A stretch of DNA of 64,000 nucleotides from Octopus vulgaris (GCA_951406725.2 OX597815.1:96782001-96846000), one strand, 5' to 3'; positions 42,964 through 56,284 are shown, counted from the first letter of the stretch. Program-made: numbers and translations. Notes: generated from the sequence alone by a model not told the origin.

Positions 42964-43552
42964 ATGTGTCTGTACATGTACACATTTTTACATGCATTTA
43001 TGCATGAGCACGCTTATAAGAATGGTTAAAAATCTGATCCGCAAGTACCGGTTTCCGTGTTTGATGAGTAACAGAAACTATCTTTACTATATAGGGTTGA
43101 AATTATGCGATTGTATATAGACAGGAACATACATACAGACACATTCATACAGACACATATGTACAGAGAGAGAGAGAGAGAGACAGAGACAGAGAGAGAG
43201 ACAGAGACAGAGAGAGAATGCAGGGAGAGAAAAAGACTGAATAATTCATTGCTCAATATATGACATGGACTTTTCTATCTCTGAATTTAAGTGTGTGAGT
43301 GTGCACGCGCGTGTGTGTGTGTTAAACTTACAGTTTAAATTTTAAATTTAAAAATTTACTAATTGGGTGTGTCCCCAGTAGGATATCAATGAGGCATGTT
43401 CGCAACCCAGCGTTCACAACCCTGGCATCATCCATTGTAGTTGCACAACTATCACTGGATCTACGTTAAGAATCCCTCTATGTACGTTGAGTATAATTAA
43501 ACAATGGATATGTATGATATACAGCGAACTTTAAAGTATTCATTGCATATAT

Positions 43553-43640
<88 letters not shown>

Positions 43641-43660
43641 TAATCAAAATAAAAAACATG

Positions 43661-43759
43661 ATTAGCGGTACATATGTTTCGGGCCTTTATTAGACGGTTT
43701 TATAACAATGCATAATTGATGTAAATGTGTGTCTATGGCCTTCTTCAATACAATCTAAT
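43661..43759 (-). ncRNA. Degenerate hammerhead motif with extended helix II
   Basis: Minus strand attagattgta-TTGAAGA-AGGCCATAGAC...GTCTAATAAAGGCCC-GAAA-CATATG-TA-ccgctaat, with palindromic helix III ACATATGT. It lies next to (TA)n. Confidence 0.45.
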
Positions 43760-43843
43760 GAATAACTTTCAATATTCATAGTACAATTTTGGCAACTTCT
43801 CTCAACCCAGTCAATGACGGATATTTCTGCTAGAGTATACACA

Positions 43844-43940
<97 letters not shown>

Positions 43941-44788
43941 ACATATATATATATTTATATTTATATTACCATATGCACATCACACTAAATACTTCTCTTA
44001 TCCATGTACACACACATACACTCACACACACACATACACATACACACACAAACAGTCGCGCGCGCAAACCACATATTGGCAAAAGTATGCGTGTATATTA
44101 TCTTCGAATAAGTCTGACATCTTATATTTGTTACATAATGGGCTTATAAGAATGATATACAAAAATGAAACTAATAGTTGGTACGTGTTAAACTACGCAT
44201 TGACAATCAATACTTTAATTTTGCACTACGCTTGTATTATTTATGAACACACCCACAGCATTCTTTCGAACTTGTCATAGATTTTAATTATTTTGTACCT
44301 GACATTCAACACCGTTTCTGCTTAATCCTATAACCTACCCTAGACCTCCCCTGTATAGTCGTTACTATGCCACCACCTTACAATTAATCATTACTATCTG
44401 TATGCTGTCAAGAATATTTCCCTATCAAGTTTAGATATATACTATTGCAGCTATATGGATTTACGCAGCTTTATCTTGTAATTCTTCCTTTGTAATTCTA
44501 CGGTATTGGAAGATGGAGCTGTATCTTTCGTTTGTCTGTTACTGATTTTTGTTTTCTGTTTCTCATTTCTGTTTTGGTTTTGTGGTTGATTTGTTGACGT
44601 TGAGGGATTAATGTTGATTTCCTGCGGATTATTGTTGATTTGGTGAGGTTTCTGCATATATATTTTCATTTTATATTTCCTTCCTTGCCTTTGTAAAACT
44701 ACATCTCTTGTTACCTTCATTATTCAGCATCAATGATTCCACACCCGAAGGACATTTTGTTGCTGCTGCTGCTGTTCATGGTTATTGT

Positions 44789-44832
<44 letters not shown>

Positions 44833-44899
44833 TTGTTGTTCTTCTTCTTCTTCTTCTTCTTCTTCTTCTTCTTCTTCTTCTTTTTCTTCTTCTTGTTAT

Positions 44900-45247
44900 A
44901 ATTATTATTATTTCTCCCTCTTCCTTCAAATTTTCTTCCGTTTCTGCCGAGTGTTTTCTGTAGGGCAGAGAAGCTCATTGTATGCATTCTCAGATTATAC
45001 ACACAAATTCACAGGTAAAATATGTATTTAAAAATTAATAAATTAATAAATTCATGAATGGAGGTTATATTCACAGCGTTAATGCTCTTCTCAGTGCATG
45101 AGCAGTTCGAGTTAATACAATTTTTGGCACTTCCTGTAGGGATGGTAAGCTTGGTATCATTTTCAAATAGGTTTCAGTACCTTTTTTTAATGATTCCTAT
45201 AGATCCTACAATCACTGGTACTGTAGTCGCGTTGAGATGCCACATGT
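44900..45247 (-). mobile_element. Dong/R4-type (REL endonuclease) non-LTR retrotransposon 3' fragment
   Basis: Minus-strand translation MWHLNATTVPVIVGSIGIIKK/GTETYLKMIPSLPSLQEVPKIVLTRTAHALRRALTL*. The 3' UTR ends in (aat)n and the fragment is flanked by trinucleotide repeats. Confidence 0.75.
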
Positions 45248-45249
45248 AG

Positions 45250-45451
45250 TCTTCTTCTTCTTCTTCTTCTTCTTCTTCTTCTTCTTCTTCTTCTTCTTCT
45301 TCTTCTTCTTCTTCTTCTTCTTCTTCTTCTTCTTCTTCTTCTTTTTATTCTTCTTCTTATTATTATTATTTTCTTCTTCTTTTGCTTCTTCTTTTCTTCT
45401 TTTTCTTCTTCTTCTTCTTCTTCTTCTTCTTAGTATTATTATTATTATCAT

Positions 45452-45540
<89 letters not shown>

Positions 45541-45560
45541 GTATTAGTATTATCATCATG
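45250..45560. repeat. Compound trinucleotide microsatellite (TTC)n/(ATT)n/(AAT)n
   Basis: Directly visible. Similar tracts occur at 36746-36853, 39257-39390 and 44758-44910. Confidence 0.95.
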
Positions 45561-45926
45561 TTGATGGTGGTGCGAATGATTCACTACTCCATCAGCTCAT
45601 CGTTTTGCTTACGATACCTTTCAAGAATGTATCTCTTGCTGTCGTTCCTTCTGTTTTTTCATTTCATTTGGTGTTGTATTCATTATGATGCTTTTAATTA
45701 TCAATTCGTATATTTGAGGGTCTGTATACTTCAGTTGTGGTGGGAAGTGCTCTCTTTGACCTCTGTAATTTTTTTTGGTTTTGTTTTTTTTTTAAAGCTT
45801 TCTGTGACTATTAAGACCAGATCTTGATTCAGTCTGTAACCCCTTTTGTCATTCATCGTGGGTTCCAAGGATTCAGAAAAGGATGAGTGAACATCTATTG
45901 TTATCAGTTGTTTGTAGACCATCGTT

Positions 45927-45961
<35 letters not shown>

Positions 45962-46609
45962 TATCGCTACAATCATTAGGATAATAAGAATAAAAGTAAT
46001 CTTATATTAGTGACAAGGTCTGGATGAGATAAAGAGAGTTACAGGAGGGGTTAAACACTGGGCTTAGCAAGTTGTGTGTGACAGAACTCAGAAAATTTAC
46101 TATAAAATATCAATATAAAAAAATTAAACTTTACCTTCCATTTATGAACTTCCTCCACGATCCAGATGAATATTATCGTATTTCCCTCTTGCATTGGGCA
46201 CATGTGAAGTTTCTACATTATTCTGTGATGATTTCCTGTCTTAGAGTGCGTATTTCTTTCTTAAACCTTACTTCCGTATTTTGGATGAAAGAAGTAATAT
46301 TACTTTGCGCTTACCAATTGCACTGAATCTTCTTTTGTTCCATGCTACTACTGGTTCATCTCACTCGATATTGATGAATTGAGTTGTAGTGTGTGAGGGG
46401 GGTGTCAATAATAATAATGAAGTATGAGTCCCTGATATAATAATTGAAGCGATTCTGCTTTTCTGGAGTCGTGAATTATGTGGCATTTTATTTATATATT
46501 GAATTAACGATGTAGACCTATGTTGCAGATTTACACTAAGACGCAAGTGGCGAGACGTGTGTGATTGTGAAATATGTTTTAATTTCATATATCAAAGATA
46601 AATATTGAT

Positions 46610-47868
46610 AAATCTCATAAAGTCAATTTTTTGGATCCAGAACATCGAGATTGTAGGGCGCAACAAGTTCAATACCGTGTATGCCCTCCCTGGGTATTCA
46701 AAACGGCCATAAACCGTCGGTACATGGAGTACATGAGAAGGTTCACAAAAGCTATCGGCACCTGTGTTCACATTCTGAGGAAAACTGTCTCCAGTTCCAC
46801 ACGGGATGTGGAGCTTGGGACCATCTGGTTCAGCCATTTATGGATTTCATACCACATGTATTCAGTTAGGTTGAAATCCAGACTGAGAGTCGGCCACACT
46901 ATTCTTCTGATGTTGTGCTGACACAGGAAGTCCATGGTGACCCTGCTCATGTGGAAGGGAGTATTGTCCTGCTTGAACAGTTGGTTATGATGACGCGCAA
47001 AGGGAACGATGTGAGGTCTTAGGATCTGGTCATCGTAGCGCTGCGCTGTGATGCTATTCCCTCTGCCTGTAGCAACATTTTGGAAAACACAGGGCCTATT
47101 TCTCTGATTAACGTCTATAGCAACCCAAACCATGATGCTGTGGTCACCCCACGCGTATCTCTCTATGACACATGCGTCTCAATAGCGTTCCACCTCTTAA
47201 GCCACACCCTCACTCTGCTATCCGAGGCCAACTTCCATTGTTGATGCCGTCAATGTCGGTGCTGTGTATCCCACTGTAGTCGTGCCTGACGGTGGCGAGC
47301 GGTGAGGAGAGTCCCTCGAGCAGAACGACAGCAATGCAGGTTGTTGGTGGCTAGTCGACGTCGTACATTGTCGTCGTTGATGGGTCGCTGACCAGTGTCA
47401 ATGGTCTCCTGAGAAGTCACGCTGGATAGTCTGAGGCGATCACGGAGGTATTGCAGATGCATGAAGCGGTCCTGCCTTGGCTTGGTCACCCGGGGGCACC
47501 CTCTCCGGGCACTGTCTGCAATGCTGTTGGTTCGGTTAGAACGCTGTTGCAGGCTATAGATGGTGCTGATATAGACATTGTAAACTTTCGCAACAACCAG
47601 GAAACGTTGCCCTCCTTGCAATCGGCCGACAGCTGGTTCTCGTTCTCACTGCTGACAATCGGGTTTGCCTGATGCGTCCAAATTACAATTCCAGGAACGC
47701 GGTTCAAGTTGGGTTTTATACTCATAACCTCCTCTAGATGCACCTGCATTTCGGTTGTCATGACAATTGATTGCGACTCCAACCCACAACATTCAACGCA
47801 GCTACATTTGGGTGTCTCGTTTCAGGGAAAGTTGAAAGTTTACCTGCAATAATTTTTTGAGATAACTG
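46610..47868 (-). mobile_element. Tc1-like transposon, decayed transposase
   Basis: HTH region VAKVYNVYISTIYSL..RRGCPRVTKPRQDR, then HRQARLQW, MVWVAI, FKQDNTPFH and WPTLSLDFNLTEYMW (DD34E-type). The 5' terminus resembles CAGTTATCTCAAAAAATTATTGCA. Confidence 0.88.
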
Positions 47869-50205
47869 TGCAGAGGTAAAATTAAACGGAATTTAACTTC
47901 TACAAGGCAATTGTTTATAAGTACCACTCTAGCAATGTAATGATTTAGGATTTCACATGCCAGCTGTTCTTGTTGATGTATTTTAGTCGTCATCCTAAGC
48001 TTGGTCGTGAAGACAAATGATGATAGGTATGACAGCAATTATTATCACCATTTTCTTGTATATATATGCATTATCGATTTTAAAAGAATCTGTGGTGTGA
48101 TTTGATGGGATCTGTCGACTATATCTAGCAAATTGATCGATCCCATATAGGCTTATTGTCAACTACCTTTTGATTGTAAATGCACTGTCTTTTAAAGGGG
48201 CACACTAGTTAATATAGACCAAGTCACGCTATGTTGGAAAACAAAATCTGTTGCTGGACATATTTTGAATGCCTTTGATCATTGTTCTGATCAATCCTAA
48301 TAGATGACAGGCAAAGTAACAACAACGGTAACAACAATCAAGCATTGTGTTATTGTCTTCACTGTTCATAGAGTCATGTTAAATGCTGTTGTGTTTATAG
48401 TACCTGAAAGGAGAGTTGTTAACGCTGTGTACTCGCGTAGTGCTATTTCTCAACCTAATGGATGTTGTTCGCTGTCCTTCCTAAACATCAATAGAGTGTC
48501 ACTATACCTTTGTTGTTATTTTCATATTTTCTTTTATGATTTCAGCGTTAGCTTTGTTGCAGTTGCTGTTTCGCTTTTCTTTTTCGTTTATCGACAACCA
48601 AAGTACTTCAGTTCACATTGTCTTACTGTGTATGTTGACTATACTTCAAGTAAATGTAAAATTGTCAGGTTTCAAAAAAAATAATAAAACCTTGTCGATA
48701 ATGGATTTTCTTTTAAAAAATATATAAAAAAAGAATGAAAGAACTTGTTTATGTTGGATAATGGCAAGGAATAAGAAGAATGGTTCCAGTATTGTTGTTT
48801 TCTCTTCAACCCCACTCCCTTTTGTGCGATATGTATAAATCAGGAATCGATATTTTGTGATAGGTATGTTTATATAGATCTTTACTCACTGAAGCCGAAA
48901 CAAATCTGTGTGTAATCTCTTGAGTTTCATTCCATACTGCTTTGATATATATTATTTTTCATTTCTTTCTATTGCTTCATTCCTTAGGGTTTTCTGATTT
49001 ATAGAACAGCTACTACTTTTCATTTTATAAGAACATTTCTATTATACACAAAAAACAAAAAAATTATGTTTTATTGGCATGTTATGTCATATCATTTCAA
49101 TGATATGGTAGCAATGCGGTGAACGAATAAGACATATATTTCATTTGCAGAGAGTTTATATAGTGTAAAAGAAAGAAATTAGAATGTTCTGTCTATCTTT
49201 AGATTATTGACTTCGCATTTGAATTTGTTTCTGGCCAGGTTTCTGGCAATCTCAAATGAACATTACTGATCAATTGCAGTAACTCGCGTAACCCACCTCA
49301 CCACGAACATACAATCAGCACATGCAGCAAATACAAATTTACTATTTATTATAGAATTATTAAAAGGCAAGCACTCTCAGTGAAATGTACAAACCTCCTC
49401 AATTCAGATATCAATTGATAATAAATAGAGTTACGAAGAAGCATCTGTAAGTTCAGTACTAAGCTTTCTCACCGACATAGGCGTCTACAAGAAGATTATT
49501 AGAGTATTATATAATTAAAATCTTGAATGGATGTATATGGTCTAAAAAAATACGTGTATTGATCTTTAAATTTGAATGGTAAAATTACCTATTCAAAGAA
49601 TTTCAATGAAACTAATGGGGTAAAGTATATATATAACCGCATTAAAATACAATAAGAGGGCAATATACACAAAAGTATCTACTAAAATATTTAATATCTA
49701 TGGAATTCAAGTTATTACTCTAAGTAGAGACACACAATTATGACAATGTTTTATACCACACTCCGAAATGCTTAAATCCACAATGGGCAGTTTAATAGTG
49801 CGATAAGAAATAACCATGATAAGATCAATTCTAACATGTGCTTATGGCGATATTGCCTCTCAATTATACTACAACGTGCTACAGAATGTGAAGTATATAT
49901 TCTGGAAATATATAAATGACACCCACACACGCACACGCACACGCACACACACACACACACAATTAGATATATAATTTAATAAAAATTTACTGCAAAAATC
50001 CAACATATTCTCTTACACCCGTTTCAGTTAAGCCTAAAGTCTGAAATAGCAAATATTAAATCATTATATTAGGCAAAATTTCATCAGAAAAGTTTTTAAA
50101 AATATAACATTAGGTTATTAGGTGTTGTGTTTTCGAATCATCTTAGTAGACTGAATATGGTTTCATGGCTAATATTGGAATAAACCTGGGTCAGCGGCCA
50201 TATGT

Positions 50206-50246
<41 letters not shown>

Positions 50247-50366
50247 ACACAGGAAATGTGTCAAAGCCGACAGGAAGCGTCGATGCTTCCTAGGGCTAAA
50301 TAGTGGTGGTGTAATTCCCTTTACGAGACTGTCACGCTATGTTGACAGTATACAACCACTCTCTCA

Positions 50367-50411
<45 letters not shown>

Positions 50412-50439
50412 CATACATACATACATACATACATACATA

Positions 50440-50810
50440 CCGTAGGTTTCTTTCAGTATCCTCAACTCAAATCACTCGCATGGCGCTGGTTGTCCTGAGG
50501 CTATAATAGAAGACACTTGCCCAAGGTGACACGGAGTGGGACTGAATCCGAAACCATGTGTTTGGAATATAAACTTCTTACCGCATAGTAAAGTCTGCAC
50601 CCAGCTAAGCCTAAATATATGTATGTATATTTGTGTGTGTGTGCATATATATATTTATACACATACATATATATTCTTTTATTCTTTTCCTTTTTCAGTC
50701 AATTGACTGCTGCCATGTTAGAGCAGCGCCTTAATCGAACAATTCGACCACAGTACTTATTCTATTGAACCCTTTTGACGAACCGCTAAGTTATGTTGTC
50801 GTAAATTCAT
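50440..50810 (-). mobile_element. Two SINE family 1 fragments
   Basis: 50440-50600 and 50675-50810 match the head and tail halves of 6260-6655. Confidence 0.65.
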
Positions 50811-51307
50811 ATTGTCGGAAACAAATATTGGTGGGTGTTTGCCTCCCTGTATCTTTTCATTTAGACAAAATCACAGAAAGATTAGGTACTAGTCTTTTAA
50901 AAAAATGAAAATAATTACTTGGGTCTATTCATTCGACTGCAATTCTGCGGTGAAGTAATCCAGCATTTCCTACGTCTTATAACTGAAACAAGTACAATAA
51001 TAAAGCTTATATGTTATATGTGTTTGTATATAGATAGACGTATACCTATTTGAATACCTCGTTCTCTATCAAAAGTACAGGATATTTGAATAATAAACGC
51101 ACCAAGGTAAAGTCAGGGAAATGCTCAAGTGCACTAACAATGTGTTATGACATACATGCACTTACTAATATAGTACGAATTCGTAATTCCAGCTATGCAC
51201 ACATTCGGAAATACTGACAGAATACACAACGTGTATTCATATTCACTCAGGAGTGCATTCACTGCATGTATTCCACAGCCGATTATAGATACCTAGATCT
51301 ATCTATG

Positions 51308-51358
<51 letters not shown>

Positions 51359-51429
51359 CTGTGTCTGTGTGTATTTATATATATATATATATATATGTAG
51401 AAATAAATAAATATATATATATATATATA

Positions 51430-51472
<43 letters not shown>

Positions 51473-51511
51473 GTATTTATATGTATATATGTATATATAT
51501 ATGTATATGTG

Positions 51512-51564
<53 letters not shown>

Positions 51565-51641
51565 ATATGTATATATATATATGTATATATATCTATATGT
51601 ATAAATATATGTATATATATATGTATATATATGTATATATC

Positions 51642-53578
51642 GGTTAATATAGGGCGTTACGTCTATCAGAAAATCAAAAAAAAATGTGTGTAATAGGTGT
51701 AAAACAACTTCCTATGAACGAATATGAAAAAAAAATTCGCGCACGCGAAAGGGGGTGAGGGAGAGGCCTCGGAAAATTCACATCGGGAAGTTCCGAAAGC
51801 GTCTGAGGGGCTGACCCGGGCACCAAAACAAAAAAAAAATAGTGTAATATGTGTAAAACAACTTGCTCTAAACGAATATGACCAAAATGCGCTCTCGCGA
51901 AAGAGGGGTGGGGGAGAGGCCTCGGAAAATTTATATCGGGAATTTCCGAAAGCGTCTGAACCGGGCACAAAAACAAAAACAAAAACAGCGTAATAGGTGT
52001 AAAACAACTTGCTCTAAACGACTATCATGAAAAAAATGCGCGCTCGCGAAAGGGGGTGGGGGAGAGGCTTCGGAAATTTCACATCTTCAGTCCACGGCCT
52101 TTAAACTAAGAAAAACTAGTGTAATTGGTGTAAAACTACTTGTTCTAAACGAGTATCAAGAACACACACTCACACATGAAGCATAAACTCCGTATTTTTG
52201 TACATATTTCGCAAAAAAAAAAAAAATAAAGAGAAGAAATTCTGGAAAAAGTGAAGAAATGTTGGATCTCATTCCTTGGTTAAAGCTATTTTAAACATTA
52301 AATTTATGCTTTTCTTTGAAATAGTTCAGATATATGCAATTCTTCTCACTTATTAAGATGCATTTATCAGAAAAAAAGAGACAGAAAAAATAATTATTTT
52401 GTGTCAATCCTTCCCTAATTATCCTTTATTAATTAGTTTTGGCGTGTATTTTTTTCCCAAATTTATTTTTTCACCTTTACAACACTGTTTAGTAAAGCAA
52501 TTAATTATCTTTATAATTTGCATATTTGACTTATTAATCAAAATTCTCTAGATGTAATATATACTAAGTAATGCATCCTTCATTTATGTGTTCCGTTCTG
52601 TATTATGCATGCGTGACTGTTTGTATGTAAGTGTGTTTAACTGTGCACATGAATGTGAATATTAAAGAACATATTTATTTACTATGATTGTTATTTTCAG
52701 AACAAATAAATCTTTTGGCTGTTATGTTATTGATGTTATTATTATTGCTAGTTAAAGGGTGGTGACTTGGCTGAATATTTTGAGTCTTGTAGTATGTAGT
52801 TGTGTTAGTCAATATTCTGAGTTCAAATCCAACTCATTTCTTTATCATCATTGTCGATGGACCACTCAAAGAGGTATGTATACATTATCATTTTCGTAAC
52901 ATAATTTCTGTAGTATTTCAAGATGTTTCTGACACGTATTTTGATTCACATGGCGGAGATCCAACATTTCTTCACTTTTTCCAGAATTTCTTCTCTTTAT
53001 TTTTTTTTTTTGCGAAATATGTACAAAAATACGGAGTTTATGATTCATGTGTGAGTGTGTGTTCTTGATACTCGTTTAGAACAAGTAGTTTTACACCAAT
53101 TACACTAGTTTTTCTTAGTTTAAAGGCCGTGGACTGAAGATGTGAAATTTCCGAAGCCTCTCCCCCACCCCCCTTTCGCGAGCGCGCATTTTTTTCATGA
53201 TAGTCGTTTAGAGCAAGTTGTTTTACACATATTACGCTGTTTTTGTTTTTGTGCCCGGTTCAGACGCTTTCGGAAATTCCCGATATAAATTTTCCGAGGC
53301 CTCTCCCCCACCCCTCTTTCGCGAGAGCGCATTTTTTTTGTCATATTCGTTTAGAGCAAGTTGTTTTACACATATTACACTATTTTTTTTTTTTGGTGCC
53401 CGGGTCAGCCCCTCAGACGCTTTCGGAACTTCCCGATGTGAATTTTCCGAGGCCTCTCCCTCACCCCCTTTCGCGTGCGTGAATTTTTTTTTCATATTCG
53501 TTCATAGGAAGTTGTTTTACACCTATTACACACATTTAGTTTTTGATTTTCTGATAGACGTAACGCCCTATATTAACC
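51642..53578. mobile_element. Foldback DNA transposon with about 625-bp TIRs, GG..CC termini and 8-bp TSD
   Basis: Arms 51642-52270 and 52956-53578 are near-perfect reverse complements. TATATATC flanks both sides (51634-51641 and 53579-53586). Each arm has 3-4 internal subrepeats of about 130-155 bp. Confidence 0.88.
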
Positions 53579-53646
53579 TATATATCTGTATATATATATA
53601 TGTGTATATATATATATGTATATATCTGTATATATGTATATATATG

Positions 53647-53681
<35 letters not shown>

Positions 53682-53691
53682 GTATATATAC

Positions 53692-53753
<62 letters not shown>

Positions 53754-53754
53754 G

Positions 53755-53798
<44 letters not shown>

Positions 53799-53799
<1 letters not shown>

Positions 53800-54193
53800 T
53801 AGCAGTATCGCCCGGCGTTGCTCGGGTTGTAAGGGAAATAACTATATAAGCATTTTTAGAGAGTTATAGCCAAAAAATAGCAAAAAAATGCATTAAACAT
53901 TGAAAACAAATTAAGGTAAATTTTTTTTTAAATCGTTGACACATCGTAGATATTTTTAGAGAGTTAGTTCCCTTATATAAAAGCGAAAAAAATGCATTAA
54001 AATGGAAAAATATGATGGTAAATTTTTTTTAAATCGTAGACTCATCGTAGACGCACGCTAATACCCAGAAGGGCTCGATATGAATCACGACTATAAGATA
54101 CCCGCTTTTGGTTAAACTGCACCGCAAAATGTGGGAGTAGTTAGGAATCTAAATCGTAGGAGACAGACACACAACTTCACTCTTATATAAAGA
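53799..54193 (-). mobile_element. Non-autonomous Helitron, complete (395 bp)
   Basis: The minus strand begins A|TCTTTATATAAG and ends with hairpin CCCGAGCAACGCCGGG followed by ...CTAG|T. No TSD. Confidence 0.85.
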
Positions 54194-54523
54194 TGCTTTT
54201 TTTTTTCAGTCATAGAGTTAGATTTATGAAGGTCTTCAGTAGAAAATCCTTCGAATTCTGACTCGCTGCTTGATATAATGAAATTCGTATCCATTATTTG
54301 TCAGAATTACAAATTTTGAAAACACAATAGGAACAAATTTCGGAAAAAAATCTCCAATAATTCACGGAATTAAAATTACACTTCGATTTTTGTACAAAAC
54401 TGTAGTTGAAGTGTTTACGAAGTATAATACGTGTTTTCACGAATGTACTAAAGAGATTTGCTCTGATATTCTCATTTAAATATGAATAGGTAAATTCGGG
54501 CGGCTTGGTAACGAAAGGGTTAA
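54194..54523 (-). mobile_element. piggyBac-like terminal fragment
   Basis: The minus strand starts TTAA|CCCTTTCGTTACC. An acidic N-terminal peptide MDTNFIISSSESEFEGFSTEDL is cut by the Helitron. No second terminus was found. Confidence 0.45.
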
Positions 54524-55406
54524 ACGGATGCATACATTTATTAATCTCTTATTATAATAACTATATATAAGTGTCGTCTATTTATACATAAACACTGTTT
54601 CATACTGCAATTATATATACATATATCTATATATAATATTATATAATAAAATATATACACAGTAAAATAAAAACCAATTTACCTTTTCTGTCCGTCCGTG
54701 TGTCTTTGCAAATGTGTTGGAATGATAAGTGAGTTGTGTTTTGGCGCCTTTTTTACTAATAACAAACACACACGTGTTTGTATGTAGTTGTATGTGTATG
54801 TAGTTGTATGTAGTTGTATATGTATGTGTATGCGTGTGTGTGAGGAATGACACACACACACACTCACGCACGCACACATGTACATCAATGCTTTCGGAGT
54901 GATATGTTAAAATATTGAGTTTTCTCGAATTTTGTCTTAATTGGTGATAAAATTGAAAGAAATTTTTTATGGCATCACCCACTGAAGTACTCTGAAAAAT
55001 CATGGGTACACTCTAATTGAAGAAATTGTGTGAGGAGTAAATGGTTATGTATTTATTTGTTTCTGTTTGCTGTGTTTCTTTATTTTTTGAGTAGTGGTTT
55101 AAATACTTTCAGTTTAGTCTTCCTCAAATCACTCTGTCGCTATTTACTTTCATTTTATTCGTTGCACACTGTGTGTGTGCATTTGCGTGTGCTGTAAACC
55201 AGACTAAGAAAAGCATTTGACATACACACCAGAATGTGAGTTTTCTGTAAATTTTGCTTAATTGGAGTTTAAATTTTAAAAACTGGACCTGGCATGACCC
55301 GATGCATTCTACTCTTAAAAATTCTAGGTAAATTGTAATTGAAGAAATCCTATATTGTAGATTTCTATAACTCCCAAAGGGAGGCAGATAAAATCTGCCT
55401 TTTATA

Positions 55407-55452
<46 letters not shown>

Positions 55453-55455
<3 letters not shown>

Positions 55456-55954
55456 TCAAACATAAAAGAGATACCCGAAGAATAGGATATATGACTCGCT
55501 AGAAAGAACAGTTAAAAACTCCAAGCCACCAATTGTTGTAATGCCGAAAGTGATTGAGAAATAAAAATCTTTACCTTAATCCTAGACCCTGCTAGGTTTC
55601 TGCAGACTTAAATACATATTGAAATAAAATAATATGAGTCTATATCTGGAGCGATAAGAAATCAGCCACGTGTCTATTGGTTCTAATTTTTCGAATTTAC
55701 CGCGCAGAAGCGGAACTCAACCAGCACTAAATAGATAAATTGCCGAATTTCTTCCAGAATTAGCCAGAAAACATTTTATCATTAATTAAAAACTTAGGGT
55801 AACAAGAATACTTATCGAAAAATACTTAGTTACCAGTGGTCTAACGAGAAAAAATTAGAAAAAACTATATATTATATTATTCAGAGAATAATAGTGTACA
55901 TTCAAAGATAACAGAGATACCCGAAGAATAGGATATCTGACTCGCTAGAAATAT

Positions 55955-55958
<4 letters not shown>
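55453..55958 (-). mobile_element. Family-C-like insert: one 446-bp unit plus about 50-bp terminal direct repeat, between TA tracts
   Basis: ttcaaa..agagatacccgaagaataggatat.tgactcgctagaaa occurs at 55455-55505 and 55901-55951. A decayed hammerhead-like motif lies on the minus strand at 55650-55580. Confidence 0.55.
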
Positions 55959-56000
<42 letters not shown>

Positions 56001-56012
56001 AGAGAGATATAG

Positions 56013-56079
<67 letters not shown>

Positions 56080-56284
56080 AGAGAGTCCAAGATGAGATCC
56101 AGAGATTTTCAGTATAGAAAGAACTCAGTAGCGCTCAAATGATTTAAGCTTTCAATCCGAAACATTTAACAATGACCAAGTCTGCGAGGCAAAACGTTGC
56201 TAAAAGATGAATTCAGGTCATCCGATATGGAGACAATCATGCATACAAACAATTAAGATTGCTTAGGTTTAATAAAGAAAAAAA

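Noticed and set aside
43060-43085. ttgatgagtaacagaaac resembling a hammerhead core (similar text on the minus strand at 95-120)
   Set aside because: No helix I, II or III pairing, so probably chance.
46135-46380. Possible minus-strand host exon with GTAAAG donor
   Set aside because: The frames checked contain stops, there is no clear acceptor and no recognisable peptide.
51690-52150. CRISPR-like regularly spaced repeats
   Set aside because: The whole unit repeats, there are no unique spacers or cas genes, and the context is eukaryotic.
51666-53495. Paired ORFs on opposite strands
   Set aside because: They arise from the TIR subrepeats and have no protein motif.
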